64,000 nucleotides of DNA, taken from positions 1-64,000 of the forward strand of contig JBBQFH010000015.1 of assembly GCA_038321865.1 (NCBI GenBank). The letters run 5' to 3'. Numbering within the stretch: position 1 is the stretch's first letter; every line of letters starts with the position of its first letter. The position numbers and the translations under genes are program-made. The notes below the pieces were generated by a model, which worked only from the letters and a program-made list of their open reading frames with translations, made no database searches and was not told the DNA's origin. The DNA comes from Gemmatimonadales bacterium. GTDB lineage: Bacteria; Gemmatimonadota; Gemmatimonadetes; Gemmatimonadales; GWC2-71-9. This document shows, one piece after another, positions 61,972 to 64,000 of this stretch.

Positions 61972-64000
61972 TTGCGACTTAGGACGTTCGGCGGGCTTTG
62001 GCTCGAGGGGCTGTCGGGGTCGGCTACCTTGAGACCGCGGGAGCTTGGGCTCCTGGCGCTGGTCGCGGCCGCCGCCCGGAAGGGGATTTCGCGCGACCGG
62101 CTGATCGGCATCCTCTGGCCTGAAACGGGAGAGGAATCGGCCAGGCACACGCTCTCGCAGATGCTCTACCGGCTGAGGCGGGAAACCGGTCACGACGCCA
62201 TCCTCGGGACGACTTCGCTGCGGCTCGATCCCGCCGTGTCGAGCGACGTCGCCGACCTGCGCGAGGCATTGGCCGGCGGAGACCTGGAGCGAGTGGCACA
62301 GCTCTACTCCGGTCCCTTCCTGGAGGGCTTCTACCTGCCCGGCGCTTCGGAATTCGAGCGCTGGGTCGAGGAGGAACGCGCCGACCTGTCCCGTGCCGCG
62401 CTCGGCGCCCTGGAACGGTTGGCTCGAGCGGCTGATGAATCCAGCGGCCGTGCCGAAGCCGCTCCCTACTGGCAACGTCTGGCCGAGCTCGACTCGCTCA
62501 GCGCACGTTATGCGAGCGGGCACATGCGCGCGCTCGCGGCGGCGGGCGATCGCTCCGGCGCATTAGCGCGGGCCAAGCTGCATCGCGAGGCGGTCCGTCG
62601 CGAGCTGGACGCGGAGCCGGACGCCGCGGTGCAGACGCTTGAACAGTCCCTTCGCATCGTGCCACCGGTGCCAGCCGAACCTGCGCCCGGCACGGTGCCC
62701 GCGCGGCCTGGACCACCGGAAACCACGCACGCGCCTCAGCTCGGCCCAACTTCCGTCCCGGCTGCGGCGGCCACGCAGCCGAAACGTTTTGGGGCTCTCA
62801 TGGTCGCAGGTCTGGCCGGGGCAGTTCTGCTAGCCCTCCTGATCCGGAGCCGCGCCGCGCCGTCCGACAAGCCCGCCGCCCTGCCGTTCCTCGCCGTCGG
62901 CGAGATCACCACCCCGGAGATGGCCGACACCAACCGGTCGGGCCGGGTGCTGCGCGACATGCTCTCCACCAGCCTGGGTGGAGTCGAGGGCCTGCAGGTT
63001 GTAGCCAATTCGCGACTGGTCGAGCTCATGCCGCGCGGCATGCTTACCGCCGGCGCCGTCAACGATGCGGCACGGCGCGCCGGAGCCACCGAGGTGATCG
63101 AAGGGGAGCTCAGCACCGGGGGCGGAGGCCTGGTGCTCTCGCTCCGGCGAGTGGCCTTGTCCGGCGGGATCGTACGCAAGGGCTACATCGTCCGCGCCGC
63201 CGATCGCTTTGCCCTGATGGATAGCGCCGGCGCCGCCATCGCCCGGGACCTGGGCCGGCTACCGCCATCCGTGGCCATCACCGAGATCCGCACCTCTTCT
63301 CCCGCCGCCTATGCGCTCTACGAGGAGGGGCTCCGCGCCAACTACACCTACGACGCGCCGGCCGCCTATCGGCTGATGAAGGCCGCGTTGGAGCGTGACT
63401 CCGGCTTCGCGATGGCCGCTTACTATGTCTGGCAGCTCAGCCGGAACTTTGCCGACGAGTCCACCCAGGCCGCGAGCATGGCGCGCGCCAAGCAACTCGC
63501 CACGCGCGGCATCGAGCGCGAGCGCCTGCTGATTCAGGGCTCCATCGCCGAAGTGGACGCCCCGCTCCAGCAGGCGCTGGCGATCGCGGAGACCCTCACG
63601 GTCAAATATCCCAGCGACCCTGAAGGCCAGATCCTCCTCGGCGGCATCGAAGAGCGCGCCGGGAACTGGTCGGCGGCGGGGAAGGCATACCAGCGCGCCG
63701 TCACGCTCGACTCCAGCGCCGGAAACCTGCGGGGACCCTACTGCCGGATCTGCACCGCACTCTACGGGAAGGCGCGAGCGTACACCTGGTGGGATTCCGC
63801 GGCAGCGGCAGAGCGTACCGCGCGCCGGCTGGTCGCCTTGCGCCCCGACGAGCCCATCCGGTGGAATGACCTGGTCGAGCCCCTGCTTCGTGAAGGACAT
63901 CGCGCTGAAGCGTTGGCCGCTTACCAGCGGTCTCACCCCAACGGCCCAGCCGGCTCGAGCGACCCGGTGTTTTATCGCGACGAGATTCGCTGGGGCCGCT
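61972..64000 (+). CDS. BTAD/SARP-type regulator-TM-TolB-N-like-TPR protein (3' end outside window)
   Basis: Own translation: LRLRTFGGL...ISRDRLIGILWPE...ARHTLSQMLYRLR...LYSGPFLEGF...FERWVEEER; a hydrophobic span; then TSSPAAYALYEEG and TPRs. Start is TTG 61972 or CTG 61960. Confidence 0.88.
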   Translation, partial: MRLRTFGGLWLEGLSGSATLRPRELGLLALVAAAARKGISRDRLIGILWPETGEESARHTLSQMLYRLRRETGHDAILGTTSLRLDPAVSSDVADLREALAGGDLERVAQLYSGPFLEGFYLPGASEFERWVEEERADLSRAALGALERLARAADESSGRAEAAPYWQRLAELDSLSARYASGHMRALAAAGDRSGALARAKLHREAVRRELDAEPDAAVQTLEQSLRIVPPVPAEPAPGTVPARPGPPETTHAPQLGPTSVPAAAATQPKRFGALMVAGLAGAVLLALLIRSRAAPSDKPAALPFLAVGEITTPEMADTNRSGRVLRDMLSTSLGGVEGLQVVANSRLVELMPRGMLTAGAVNDAARRAGATEVIEGELSTGGGGLVLSLRRVALSGGIVRKGYIVRAADRFALMDSAGAAIARDLGRLPPSVAITEIRTSSPAAYALYEEGLRANYTYDAPAAYRLMKAALERDSGFAMAAYYVWQLSRNFADESTQAASMARAKQLATRGIERERLLIQGSIAEVDAPLQQALAIAETLTVKYPSDPEGQILLGGIEERAGNWSAAGKAYQRAVTLDSSAGNLRGPYCRICTALYGKARAYTWWDSAAAAERTARRLVALRPDEPIRWNDLVEPLLREGHRAEALAAYQRSHPNGPAGSSDPVFYRDEIRWGR

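Overview
A very GC-rich bacterial window, probably Gemmatimonadota judging from gene content (inference). It is dominated by 14 Hanks-type Ser/Thr kinase genes (K1-K14). Each has an N-terminal kinase domain, a predicted membrane span and a variable C-terminal sensor, which is either a TolB/PD40 beta-propeller or a TolB-N-like domain plus TPR. One PP2C phosphatase and a BTAD/SARP regulator with the same TolB-N/TPR sensor type accompany them. Kinase and sensor modules appear shuffled between paralogues. K7 is split by a complete 5,188-bp IS1-family cargo transposon (19330-24517) with terminal inverted repeats and a perfect 9-bp target duplication (CGCTCGCGA); removing it restores the reading frame. 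The element carries a Panacea/SocA antitoxin with an unannotated partner, a P63C protein, a small basic protein, a D12-class adenine methyltransferase and an EcoRI-like endonuclease. Other features: a stand-alone GIY-YIG gene flanked by CGTC-tagged REP/REPIN-like palindromes with tandemly re-copied ends; a 60-aa precursor-like peptide upstream of TPR and EEP genes; a duplicated TlpA-kinase module; and a secreted-protein operon with a neutral ceramidase fused to a thrice-repeated CCNP domain. Two kinases have single-base frameshifts and one has an internal TAG (real lesions or assembly errors). No rRNA, tRNA or CRISPR array was recognised.
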